Part shown: positions 13,301 to 24,620 of the stretch, piece after piece
Position numbering within the stretch: the first letter of the stretch is position 1
Layout of the letters: each line of letters begins with the position of its first letter
Assembly: GCF_026210795.1 (NCBI RefSeq)
Contig: NC_089432.1
Span: 2,852,001-2,916,000, forward strand
From: Rhizophagus irregularis
Taxonomy: Eukaryota
Direction: 5' to 3'
Length of the DNA stretch: 64,000 bases
Program-made: the position numbers and the translations under genes
The notes under the pieces: model-generated
What the model saw: the letters and a program-made list of their open reading frames with translations, nothing else
What the model was told of the DNA's origin: nothing
Database searches by the model: none

Positions 13301-15630
13301 ATTCTTCAGGGCGTTTTTTACAGGGATGTTGAGCAGGCACAGGTGCGTCTTGATCAGGATTCTTTGTTGTAACTAATGAATCTAGGTAACGCACCACATT
13401 ATTCATCATGTCTTCATCTTCCTTCATTTTTTCCCAATCAATAGATGGAGCATCCTTCCTTTTCCCAATGCCATGAACATGAGGGCTGCCGCGGTGCTGC
13501 CACTCAAATCTATACCAATAATCTTCAAGATTCCATTTGGGAATTAACACTTTTTCTAAGAACAATTTGAAACGTTTTTCGAAAAACCAAGCGGAAATGT
13601 GAGGATTCTCAATCAAATCTTGTCGCCTATATCTATCAGCATCCTCTACATCCCCATGCGGCATAAGATTGTGTAACTCAGGCCAATGTAGGTCGGCTGC
13701 GCTGAATGTAAAAAATATCATTCCTTGTGATCCTAATTGCCTTATCATATCAGCAAGCTCATATCGCCTCTTTGTCCAAAACTGTCTAGTTCCACGTAAG
13801 GCTTCCCCAAATCTTACAATTCTGTCAGCCATGTGATTGTCTTTTTCTATCATCTCTTTTATTTCTTCAACGGTATACTGCTTATCATCTAAAACTTGCT
13901 TAACATATACTTTTGCTTCTTGCAGCGCCCTCCATCGCATTTGCGAATTTAACGCAAAATATCTCCAACGAGGATGACAGGCAAATCTTCCATCCTTATA
14001 TTTAAGTAAATGCGAAAAATATTCGGAAGGTTTAACCTCTCTAACGTGATTAGAACGAAGATCTCCATTCCCGGTTGGATACAAAGTAGGGAAGGCACAT
14101 GCAATATAACCGGGTGTTTGAAACTCATTGATAGGAGTTCCATCTATACTTGGCCACATAATAGGAAGATCATTATCTTGCATCCTGTTAAGAGTGTCGC
14201 CGATGGCTTGTTCTTCATTAGGTGATGGAAGTGGAGCAGGAACAAAGTTACTCCCTATCATATCTTCATAAACATCGTCATCATCGTTAAAGCGTTGTTC
14301 CACATCGTCAATTTGCGGAAGCTGATCATCAATTGGTCCGTCTTCAGGTAAGGATTGCAATACTTCTTCATCAATAACAATATCAGTATAATAACGATTA
14401 TTTTGTTTTAGCCAGCAAAGTGCGCGAGTGACCTTAGTGCGACGAACAGTGAAATTTTTGTATATCAAACTATTTGCAGATTTACGACGCACAATGAGAA
14501 CGTCAAGAGAAGACGGATTTCTGGGGAGCTGTGTTGCAAATTCTTCCACGTTTTGTGGAAAGTTTATAACATTACCACGATAAGCATACTGACCACCACG
14601 AAGACAATATACTGAAACAATAGGAAAGATCCTTGCAATCAACATTTCCTCTATTTCGGTAAGATCACGTAATTCTTCTGGCACATCACCAGGATCCATA
14701 TTGTTATCGGCAGAAAACTTTTTAACAGTATTTTTGTCATAGTAACAGCGACGACATTGTCCACTTATAATTTCGATGGATGGAAATCGTTCATTACACA
14801 CTGGGCAACAATTATTTACGAAGCTATTAATCTTAGTGCGAAATTCATGTAGGAGTTTCCTATCAGCTTCAGAAAGTCGAGATTCGTCAGAATCATCTTG
14901 CGTTGGTTCATCCTGTCTGTTGAGTTGCTCTTCAATATTTGATAGAGCAAGCCTTTCTTTTCTTTTCATATGGTAACGTTCACGTCTTTTTTGCAATCGT
15001 ATTTCACGTTGTTCTGCAGTCTCAGTTGCTCTTTTTACGCGTTTATTCTCTTTGTCCTGAGCCAGTCTATTTTCACGTTGCTCAACAGTTTCATCCGATC
15101 TGTTTTTTCGTTTTCGTAATGTATCACGAAGTGGCTGGGAAACCATTTGATTTACGATTTTACAAGCAATTAATATCAACGAAAACAACACAGCAATAAA
15201 AAATTCAGTGGTATATAATATTTATGAATACAATTGTTTTATTTTTTATTTATTTTTATTTTTATTTTAATTTTTAATTAAAAAAAACAAATACATTGTA
15301 AAAATTATAAATAATAAAAAAAAATTAATTACTATTTTTTGAATGCCGTAAAAAACTTTTAAGAAATAACTTAAAAGAATTTTAAGTAAGGGATGAAAAA
15401 AAACAAAATAATAAAATTAAATTTTTTGAAGATATTTTTAACGTGTAAACAGTCATGTGTCATGTGATTTTATAAAGATATTTTTAGAATCAGGGGCATA
15501 AAGATGCACGTAAACAAATCTAAGGTTACACCTGATCCTTAGATTTTATTGGCCATACACGCGTGCGGACAGACACCAACATGCATGGTATGGAGTAGTA
15601 TGGAAGTGTCCTACGCTTACGCTTCGGACA
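10399..15630 (-). mobile_element. Autonomous Helentron/Helitron2-type rolling-circle transposon
   Basis: Contains the RepHel ORF. 11-bp asymmetric subterminal inverted repeats GTCCGAAGCGT (10423-10433) and ACGCTTCGGAC (15619-15629). 3' palindrome AACGGTAACCGTT (10405-10417), then CTAG (10399-10402). 5' hairpin TGTCC...GGACA (15607-15630). T on both flanks on the minus strand, no TSD. Confidence 0.85.
10635..15146 (-). CDS. Rep/Helicase (HUH Rep plus PIF1-family helicase), ~1503 aa
   Basis: Single ORF, first ATG at 15146 (MVSQPLRD). Zn-finger CPVC..CRRC. Rep motifs FFTFS, EWQHRGSPHVH, YVSKYASK. Helicase motifs GTAGTGKS, IIDEKSM, GDFGQLPPV, AITIHKSQGLTL, GQSFVAISRV. Confidence 0.96.
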   Translation of the reverse strand: MVSQPLRDTLRKRKNRSDETVEQRENRLAQDKENKRVKRATETAEQREIRLQKRRERYHMKRKERLALSNIEEQLNRQDEPTQDDSDESRLSEADRKLLHEFRTKINSFVNNCCPVCNERFPSIEIISGQCRRCYYDKNTVKKFSADNNMDPGDVPEELRDLTEIEEMLIARIFPIVSVYCLRGGQYAYRGNVINFPQNVEEFATQLPRNPSSLDVLIVRRKSANSLIYKNFTVRRTKVTRALCWLKQNNRYYTDIVIDEEVLQSLPEDGPIDDQLPQIDDVEQRFNDDDDVYEDMIGSNFVPAPLPSPNEEQAIGDTLNRMQDNDLPIMWPSIDGTPINEFQTPGYIACAFPTLYPTGNGDLRSNHVREVKPSEYFSHLLKYKDGRFACHPRWRYFALNSQMRWRALQEAKVYVKQVLDDKQYTVEEIKEMIEKDNHMADRIVRFGEALRGTRQFWTKRRYELADMIRQLGSQGMIFFTFSAADLHWPELHNLMPHGDVEDADRYRRQDLIENPHISAWFFEKRFKLFLEKVLIPKWNLEDYWYRFEWQHRGSPHVHGIGKRKDAPSIDWEKMKEDEDMMNNVVRYLDSLVTTKNPDQDAPVPAQHPCKKRPEELSDDLQDYIELVNKLQRHTRCNPAYCLRVDRAGKNICRFGYPKEITNDTYLRDNKGQPELITARNDEYVNPHDRLQLQGWRANVDLKPILSMNTALQYVSKYASKSEPRSAAFSEILNKILNENAPDASSLPVFQGLLLHTVAERDISAQETCHLLLSIPLYHSSRRFVTLNLNKLTHRWLCGTGDNNEESFLADSEVGQTVQSPLQKYWVCPAELDDVSLFRLHLQYNFWKGQWKPCKKENIVRIWPRPSPQIDGPQWEEFCRVKVLLHVCHRDLSQLTENNTISWSELYYRHREIIENDPVDILGPPVDNLENESNDEDSDYEYEEFDDDEEQRPDWMILSEMRPDAILEGSSELGLREIDRNYDWVGDVRQRYTNIDLADSPNFIQNARNLYVEQNDNVTDRVVDPHTLNEKQKIIFERVESHYQALILNPGNVDALNVIVMGTAGTGKSYLINMIRSRLQEIARNNNITEHSPVLVLAPTGVAAFNIRGITIHSALSIPISNNKLDLNGERLKKLQKKLEGVEYLIIDEKSMVGRRMLALINMRLRQAFPQKQNKVFGGRSIILVGDFGQLPPVRDEPMYSKISRDTLSNEGIKTYRQFREVYKLDVIQRQSGDSDVQRKFRAILLRMRDGESTLDDWKELTTQFSNGTNITSAEFSDAICIMYRKSDVAEFNVNKLKSLNCPVALIKAIHTGGKETSKADPELAKGLEAQLLLARGARVMLRINLWTEVGLVNGSLGTVQEIIFEENQSPPSLPIAVLIEFDNYYGPAIVTEEGKRLVPVSPIRYSWEGKKVTCSRLQVPICLAWAITIHKSQGLTLQKAVIDIGKKEYAAGQSFVAISRVCALKDILFSPFSFERLQRIKSLKRLEERIEEESRLMTLQNSH

Positions 15631-16369
15631 ATAAAATCTTAAGCAGATCTTAACGTGACCGTAGATGATTATCATATGGTTATTATTGGACAGGGGCGTT
15701 TAAAAGTCTTAACAGACTATTTTTCTACCGATTTTCTCAATATTGTAAAAAGTTCGTATTCGTAATATTACATTGAATTTAATTAATAATATTTAGTTTT
15801 TACTTTTTATTTATCAGACAAATAAAGCTTGATTATGATTTATTGCTTGCTCGTGTAATCCTACTCACGTGATAATAAGTCAAAAACTCAGTTAATAAAA
15901 TTTGACAAATCAGTAGATTGATGATGAATTTATCGATGTTAAAAGTACATACGAATATGAAAATTTTCCAAGAAATTAGTTCCAAAATATAAAAGTCGCT
16001 GCGCGCTGAAAATTTAAAATACTAAAATATATTTAACGTCTCAATAAGTTTATTAAAATTTCTTTAATTAACTTTTTTATTTAACCAACTTTGTTCTAAC
16101 AGATAAAAAGAGTAATCATATACAGTACATGTACTTGACTTCGGAAAGAAATTAATTTTACATATTTTGTTACAATCGTTATTAAAAATTTTGTAATTCT
16201 GTAAAAACGAATAATATTCAGTTATTTCAGTATCATAACAATCTACGGTTTCGTTAACGTTAAAGCTAATGCTGATCTTCGTTATACTTATTTATTTAAA
16301 TATAGAAAAGAAAAAGTTAACTAAAATATATAAGAAAACTGCGAATTACGACGACAATGCTTTTATGTG

Positions 16370-16465
16370 CGAAAAGGAATTGGAATTGAATAAGACGTAG
16401 ATTAAGAAATTTATTGGTATGAACAATCTGCTAAACAAGGTATCAATATGCTAAAAATCGATTAA
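16370..16465 (+). pseudogene. Decayed fragment of a terminal Sel1 repeat
   Basis: Reads GIGIE*DVD*..IYWYEQSAKQG..YAKNRL with stops and frameshifts, matching the C-terminus of the 17560-19933 gene. Confidence 0.6.
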
Positions 16466-16764
16466 TATATTTAAAATTAGAAATAATTCATGTAAAACTA
16501 ATTAAAAAATATTTATAAATTGTTCTCTTACGTAACTTCTCAGATTATTTAAAATATTGGTATGTAATTTTCTACTAAAACATTTAAAATTGATGTGTCT
16601 TTTGAACTGACCGACCGGTTGACAATCATTTTAAACAAATGAAGTACCTAAAGAAAAAATAATTTTAATTTTTTTTTTAAAAAATGATACATATAAAAGT
16701 TATTTAACATTCTGGCTGACAAATTGTTGTTCAGATCACACAGTTGGTGATGATCATGTGCTAC

Positions 16765-17414
16765 AACCCCCGTAAAAATTCCGCAACATCACTTCCCGTC
16801 TTCCCGTGATGATCCAATAAATTTTATTGGGTCATATTTGTTTGTGTACCATTTATATTGGAAATTTCCACGATTTTTTTTAAAAAAAGAACAATTAAAA
16901 GGTCAAAAGAATATTTACAATGCAATTCTTGTAAAATGTTTCGTTTCGTTTACAAAATTTACTATTAATTTTTTTTAGGGATATCTTATTTATTATTTTT
17001 AAAAAATTTAGTTTTAAAAAAGATTTAGTATTAAAAAATTGTTTTTTTTAAAAAAGAAAATTTATACTTCAAAGTCATGTTTAATAACAACTGGTTTTCT
17101 TGTGAGATACTAAAATTAAATAAATACATTATTTTAATGTAAATAAGGTAAAATATATCCTTTATTATATATTCTTGTCGAAAGTTTTTCGTTCCAAGTT
17201 TTCAATAAAAACGGTATTTTAGTATGTATTTTAATATTATCAACTATACAATGAATAAGATAAAATAATATTTATATATAGCAAATGGAAAAACTGTAGA
17301 CGATATTTATGGTAAAAGGGCTGAAAGGAGCGGAAAAACGTATCTTTGTACTTTAGTGAAATGTCACATCTGATCATCACGGGAAGTGATATTACGGGAT
17401 TTTTTTCGGGTGTT
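16765..17414. mobile_element. Degenerate TIR element directly upstream of a kinase-Sel1 gene
   Basis: AACCCCCGTAAAAATTCCGCAACATCACTTCCCG...TGATGATC vs GATCATCACGGGAAGTGATATTACGGGATTTTTTTCGGGTGTT. TSD not clear. Confidence 0.7.
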
Positions 17415-17559
17415 ACTTTGAATAACGCCTATGTAACGCTATCCCTGCCGCGGATGGACTTCAATGTTTGTTACTAAAAAAGTAAACTCTATCACAAGGT
17501 CCCATAAGTTTTTTTTCGTCCTGTTTTGTCAATAAATTTTTTCACTTACTTCATTCACT

Positions 17560-19933
17560 ATGTCTAATATTAATAATAATAATAATAACGAAATGAAAAA
17601 TAACGGGAATACAGATGAATGGATAAATTGGATTGAAGAAGCGATTGATAAAGAATATTTAAAATATTATGAGTATGAAAATTTTAAAAATATTCAAGAA
17701 ATTGGATCCGGAGCATTCGGAAAAGTTTATCGTGCAAATTGGAAACATTTTGAAGATTATTTAGCGTTAAAATCTTTTTTTAATCTTAATAACGTCACCA
17801 TAAAAGAAATTGTTAATGAGGTAATTTTATAAAAATATATATACTATGTATATATATATTATTTATTTTTGCATATTCTTTGTAAATTTAAAGAAGTGTA
17901 ATTCAAATTTTTTTTTTTAAAAAAAAAACTTTTAAATGATTATACATTTATTATTTTAGCTCAAACTTCAACTTGACGTAAGCTTTCATAATAATATTAT
18001 TCGCTTTTGCGGAATTACAAAATTTGAATCAGGTATTGATAATTTTTACAATTACGTATATTTATTTTTAAAAATGTTTTTTTTGCGTAAATTCAATAAA
18101 TAAATAATTATTATTAATTTTTTAATTTTTTTTTTAGAAAATAAATTCGACCAATCAAAAAATTATTTGTTGGTAATGGAGTACGCGGACGGTGGTACTC
18201 TTCGAGACTATTTAAAGTATAACTTTAGTAGACTTACTTGGATCGAAAAATATAACTTGGCTTATCAATTAGCTTGTTCTATATCATGTCTACATGATGA
18301 AGGAATCGTTCATCGAGATTTGGTAATTTTTTATTATTAAACGATAATAATAATATTCCATAAAGTTAGCTTACTTTTGTTTGTACATTATAATAGCATT
18401 CTCGTAATGTGTTGGTTCATCAGAATTCCATCAAGTTGGCAGACTTTGGGTTATCGAAAAGGATTGATGATGCAACAAAAACACAATCAAAATTGCTTGG
18501 TATGATTCCTTATATTGACCCAAAAGTATTAGTGGATGAAAATTTAAAGTTAAATGAAAAGAGCGATGTATACAGTATTGGAGTATTATTATGGGAAATA
18601 TCAAGTGGAAATTCACCATTTCATGAAAAGACAAATAAGGTTAGTTTAATCTATAGTATTTTGCAAGGTAAAAGAGAAGAGATTATTCCTGATACTCCTA
18701 TTGATTATTCTAATCTCTATACTGGTAAATATGATTTCAATATATTAAATATAACGTTTCTTTATTATTTATCGAAATAATTGTTTAATCAGATACATAT
18801 TTTAATTATTAGATTGTTGGAATGGTGAACCAAGTAAACGACCATCCATACATGAAGTTGTTGATAGGTTAAGAAAATTTGTTATAAATTCAAACAGAAT
18901 AACAATTTATCAACAGAATGATATGTCTAATCAAACTAATATCAAGCCAAATGATAATCTAGGTTCAGTTAATAGTGGAAATTCGTTATCTGGGGAATTT
19001 TCTCAAGTGATCAAAAATTTTGGTAATACGAATTCAAATGAACTAGATATGATGTTTGCAGATAAATTCAGAGATAAAATTTCATCTGAGAAAATAAGCA
19101 TATTAGTTAATGAAGTAGTTGATCTCATTTTTAAAGAGATTAATGAAAGAAATGTTGCAAAGCGACGTCATGTTCTCAATTATCTTAATAATCATAATGT
19201 GAATTCAAAAGAAATTTATGATTGGTTATTATCTAATGAATCTAGTAATACAAGTTTTATTTTTTTACTTGGATATTTTAATTATGTGGGGATTGAAACA
19301 ACTAAGAATTATGAGAAAGCTTTCGATTTATTTATTAATGCACTAGATAAGGATAGCCTATTAATACAATTTTTTGTTGGAGAATGTTATGAAAATGGAA
19401 ATGGTGTTACAAAGAATGAAAATCTAGCTTTTGAATATTATGAAGAATTGTCCGATATAGGGTATGCAATGGGTCAATTTAAATTAGGCTGGTTTTATGA
19501 AAATGGATTAGGCGTTAAAAAAGATTTTAAATTAGCAGCTCAATTTTATGAAAAAGCTGCAAATAATGGACATTTGTTAGCTATGCATAATCTTGGAAAT
19601 TTCTATAGACGTGGGGTCGGTGTTGAAATGAATCATCATAAAGCTTTTGAATTATTTAAAAAATCAACTGAAGGAAAATATTCAGGTGGAATAATGATGT
19701 TAGGATATTGTTATGATCTTGGTATTGGAATTGATAATGATAAGCAAAAGGCAGTTGAGTTGTATGAAAAAGCAGCAAATTTAGGACATAAGGTGGCTCA
19801 ATATAATCTTGCTATGATGTATGAAATAGGTGACGTAGTTGAAAAAGATTTAGATAAAGCAATTTATTGGTATGAAAAATCTGCTAAGCAAGGAGATAAA
19901 GATGCTCGAAATAAGTTAGATGGATTTATATAA
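17560..19933 (+). CDS. Tyrosine-kinase-like protein kinase with Sel1-like repeats (5 exons), paralog of 6004-8467
   Basis: Exons 17560-17820, 17960-18032, 18138-18322, 18397-18724, 18813-19933, with the same intron positions as the first copy. GSGAFGKV, HRDLHSRN and DFG intact. Multiple Sel1 repeats. Confidence 0.93.
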
Positions 19934-20044
19934 AATTTTTTTTAATAAGTAATTTCATTTTATTACATACATATATATACGTAAATTTAACCTTTCTGAT
20001 TTATATAAATTATTTAATATTTATTTATTTTTTTTTATAACAAA

Positions 20045-20073
20045 CTAGCAGTTACCCGTTGCTTCGCACCGGG
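20045..20073 (-). mobile_element. Canonical Helitron 3' terminus
   Basis: Minus strand reads CCCGGTGCGAAGCAACGGG (GC-rich hairpin), TAACTG, CTAG, then T. The 5' end was not located. Confidence 0.7.
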
Positions 20074-21115
20074 ACCAATGAGTTTGTTTAAATAGAAAAT
20101 TTTTGTAATACTAAGTAAATTGCTTATAATTAGGAATTCAATATAAGTAATAATTAGTTGACAAAAATTAATAAAATAATATGTATTGAATTATAAGTGT
20201 AAATTTAGATCTCGTCCCTTTGCGTGATGTTTAAATCTCGCCTTTATTTCAAAAAAGGATATTTTTATGCCGATCATTTAATTCTGACCAGAATTAAATA
20301 CGTCTGATTTAATGAAACCCCCCTTCCCGAAAATTCAATAAGTCAAAAATAATATTAGAAACCATCTTTGTTGCTTTAAGTAAACTTGCAGAGCAGGGGA
20401 AAATACACATAGTAAACATTTATTAAAAAGTTTGTATATTAAGATTTTCTTTTTTTGTTATAGGATGCGAAATTTTAAAATCATACAGGGGCAAAAATTA
20501 CACGTTCTCGACCCTCCTCATATTACTTTCTTGACCCGGTCAAAATAGGCATGATCATGTATGACAAAAATTTATTTTCTTGACCTGCAAAAAAAACACT
20601 GACGTATTGTTATTTTTCTTTTATAGACACAATCACACAAAGAGATTAATTGAAAAAAATAATATTAATACGAAGTGGGTCAAGAACGTAATTTTTGCAT
20701 CAGGGGAGGCATATCACGGGCTTTAATTATATGGCATGGGATTTCAAGTTACACAATTTAAACTATTTATACATGCTAGTTTAAAGGTTACGGTTACACT
20801 TGTATTTTTTTAGTTATATACAGTAGATTATGATTCAAACCTAGTATAATAAATGATTAATTTTCTATTTAAAATTGTTTTGTCTTTTTAAAGAAAATAA
20901 TTGTTAGAATATTAATAAGGGAATGTTCTAGTCTAAATTATTAAAATTAATTAACTAACAAATTTTATTAATCTAATGATTTATTTACAACAACAATTAC
21001 ATTATCATAAACACAAGTTATATATAAAGTAAAATAAAAGAATTTAGTTAGTTTAAATTATAATTAAATATTATATTATATAAACAAGTAATAATAGAAT
21101 TAATAAATAACTTAC

Positions 21116-22242
21116 AAACTATTTAATAAAGAATTTGTTAGTAATAATAGAATAAAATAAATAACAGTAGTTTAAATTATATGTAAGACGGGGTGATGAT
21201 CACCGGTGGCTGAAATTATGACGATCGACCAGCATTAAAAAATATAGTGCCGGTATAATTGATAATTCTGGCCAACGGTGATGATCACCCTGGTGATTTG
21301 AAGTAAAAATCATAATAAAATTAAATAAATAACTCATAACTTACCAACTAAAGAAATACAAAATAATTTTTAAATAAAGAATTTAGTTAGTTTAAATTAT
21401 ATGTAAATACTATGATATAATAGAATTAAATAATTAACATACCATCTATAAATAATTTTTTAAATAAAAGAATTTAGTTTAAATAAATTATAATAAAATT
21501 AAATAAATAACATATAACTTACCAACTAAAAGACATTACAAAATAATTTTAAAGAATTTAGTTAGCTTAAAATTATATAAATAATAGAAATATAGGTATT
21601 TATAACTTACACCCTAGTATTAATTAATTAATTATTAGTTAAATATAAATGTAATACAAATATTTTACTGCATATTAAATATATCACTTACAATCTGGTT
21701 ATTTAAATTAAGAATATAATTAGTTGAATTATATAAAATATTAAAACAAATAAATATAATATTGTAACTTACTATCTGTAATACAATTAATTATTAAATA
21801 GTTATTTAAATAAAGAATTTAGTTATTTTGAATATTATGCAAAATAAATAAAGTAAAAAAAAAATCTAATAACTATCAACTTACTGACTATATTGATTAC
21901 ATGAAATATAACAAAAATGATAAGTAATTCTATTATTATTCAATTGTAATATAACTTATTAACTTACGAGCTAAAAATATTTAATATAATTTTTTGTATA
22001 ATATAGTTAATTTAAATTATATTTATATATTATGTAAGGTATAAATAATTATAGGTAGTATTTAAATGTATTTACAAATAAAAATTTAATATTTTAGCAT
22101 GTTTAATATACCTTTAGATTCCCTGATGCTACTTTCTTTAAATTCTTCAGAAACTAATTTATTACATTGCAAGTTTGTTAAAAATTTTAGAGTTCTAATT
22201 ATATACTATATAATTATTACCTTTATTATTACTTTCAGCCAT
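21116..22242 (-). pseudogene. Orphan, truncated copy of the micro-exon N-terminal cassette (no kinase domain follows)
   Basis: Exons 22242-22221 (MAESNNK) and 22153-22112 (VSEEFKESSIRESK). Then 3-nt exons, each flanked by AG/GT: CTC (21968-70), TCA (21885-87), ATA (21773-75), ATT (21692-94), GGT (21611-13), TTG (21523-25), ATG (21443-45), TTG (21345-47), TTT (21116-18). Inverted homolog of ~34090-35000. Confidence 0.75.
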
Positions 22243-23949
22243 TATTATATAATTATCTCTGACTGGAAAAGATAATGTAAATATTTTTTTCTTTTTTTTA
22301 TTGTTAAACGCTTTTATTAATATGGGTATATATGGTAATAATATTTATGCCAAGCATTGTAGAACTTGAGCCCGTGTAATACACGTTTGCCACCTCAAAG
22401 CTACAAAAGATCGTCCTTTATTTATAACAACAAAATATTAATATATCCCAAGTTACACATATACTATAATAACGCACGTCAATAAAGGGTTCACTCTTTT
22501 TCCTGAACGAATTCCTTTCGTATTTATAATATTTCACAACTCTTCCCAGATACCTTTCAAGTATCGCCTATTGCAAGAACAAATTAAATAAAATTACACA
22601 AAAATTAAAATCGCACAAAATAATATTTACACAAAAAAATATTTACACAAGAATAGTTTAACGTAAATTACGGTCGTTACACTAATAAAATACTTTAAGA
22701 ATTTATACACTTAAACTAAATATAATACTGCGCTCTATAATTAATTGCGAAATCGCAGTAACTGGTTGATCATTTCGTCTTTATCGTCTTTAATAGGTAA
22801 TTACTAATCACCTTTATTTTATTTTTTTGTGTTACAATTGATTATATTGTTAGAGTCTTTATTAACTTGAAGATAAGAATGCCGAAAAGCTTGAATCCAT
22901 AAACAGATTTTTCTTAATATATTCTACATTATTACAAACAAAACATAAATACACAACTCACAATAAATAACATATTAACTGAAAAAATATTAAAGGGCGT
23001 GCCAACTTGATTCCTGACGCCACCCTAGTTATTATATTATTTTAGTTAGGATTTCTATACGTTTCTTTTATAGTTCACCATCACCAATTCACCACCACTA
23101 CCATCACTGCTACTTTTATCCTCATATTGCCTTTCTGTTAACATTTTTTTTAATTTATAAACTATTTGGGTAAATTTAATAATACACTAAATACAGTATG
23201 TATATTATTATTTAATGGATGCAATAGAAGAAAGAAAAAAAAATTTGGGGAAAAGAAAAAGGATAAAGAAAGAAATGGGATTTAAAAAAAACAAGTACCG
23301 AAAAAAAGGACAATAATTCGGTCAAAAAAAAGACCAAAAAAAAATTCAAAATAAAAATTAATAATATGGTCAACAAAAAGACCGAAAAAAATAATATAAG
23401 TCTTAAAAGATTATTTAATAAAAAAAAAGTAATAATTTTTCGGTTTTGGAAAAAAACCAAATCTAGACGGGAAAAGAATGAAAAAAAAAACAAAAAAAAA
23501 GAGAAAAAGGAAAAAAAACGAAAAATTTTTGAAAAAGATAAGAAAAAGGAAAAGAAAAAGGTGTTTCGAAAGAAATTTGAAAAAAAAGTTTGAAAAAAAA
23601 GAAAGAACTATTTGTAAAGGATCGGTTCAAGAAAAAAAAAGAAAATTAAAAAAAGGGGAAACGAAAAAATTTACCGATCGGTTGGAAAAAACCAAAAAAA
23701 AAAGCCGATCAAGCGGCTCTTAACAATTCAAAATTAATTTATACAGGCTAATCTAAACGTTCATAACTAAATTTTCTACTATATAAAAATAAATTTAACT
23801 ATACTAAAGTAATTTTCTGTGTAGTGTGTTATGTTTGATCTAAAGAAATATTTGTCACAATATTACCTATATCTTATTCAGCGTTACCTCTTTTTAATAT
23901 TTTTACATCTCAATTTTTTTTAATCTTTGTTTTTCTGTAAATTTCCATC

Positions 23950-24620
23950 ATCATTAATAATATAGTCTCGTCGAGTCGTCGATATATTAAGGTCCTTTGA
24001 CAACGACTAATACGTATGTTAAAGCACCTTTCCCATAATTTGAGTACAACCCTTTAGTATCTTTATCGTGTTAAATTTATTGCTTGTACTAATTTCCAAG
24101 CTTTGAATTTTCCATAAAAAATTTTTGAATTTTTGCGCATTATTTTGATAAAATATATATTAATGGATCTTATTATTTGACATTTCTCTCTATATATATA
24201 TATATAAAATATATATATTGATTCAAATTTATGAATTCTTCTAATTTCGTCAATGATTTCTAACATAGTGGCTTCATTTCGTCATATTCTCAAACGTGTT
24301 CCCATGATTCCTCCTCTTAATTGCATCGAGGTTACATTCCAGAAATAATCATTACTATTTTTGTTAAAATAAACACTATACGTGGGCAAATCTTTCAAAA
24401 AAATTTTTATTATTTTGTACATTCTATCGTTACTATCCACTATATTTTTTGTAATTATTTTGATTGTTGATAAATTTCAACAGTAGTAATCCAATCAAAT
24501 TCTTGTAGAACATTGTTATCATAATTTATCATTTCGTTCTTGTATTTTGCATTCTTGGCAAGCCTTTAATTAAATTGTTGCCACCTGATCACCAATGGAA
24601 AGTGATAAGAAAAATTTTCT
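23950..24620 (-). mobile_element. Degraded non-LTR retrotransposon (LINE) C-terminal fragment
   Basis: Minus-strand fragments EFDWITT, KDLPTYS and PRCN*EEESWEHV*E resemble the Zn-binding region downstream of LINE RT. Stops and frameshifts present. Boundaries approximate. Confidence 0.6.

Noticed and set aside
11384..15199. Small ORFs overlapping RepHel on both strands
   Set aside because: Shadow ORFs of a long GC-richer coding region, with no independent motifs.
20490..20698. Small MITE (GCAAAAATTAC..GTTCT.GACCC inverted pair)
   Set aside because: An inverted repeat is visible, but ends and TSD are too degenerate to call.
23212..23723. Lys-rich / Phe-rich ORFs
   Set aside because: Poly-A-rich low-complexity DNA, similar to 56300-56700 and the reverse of 1450-1720.
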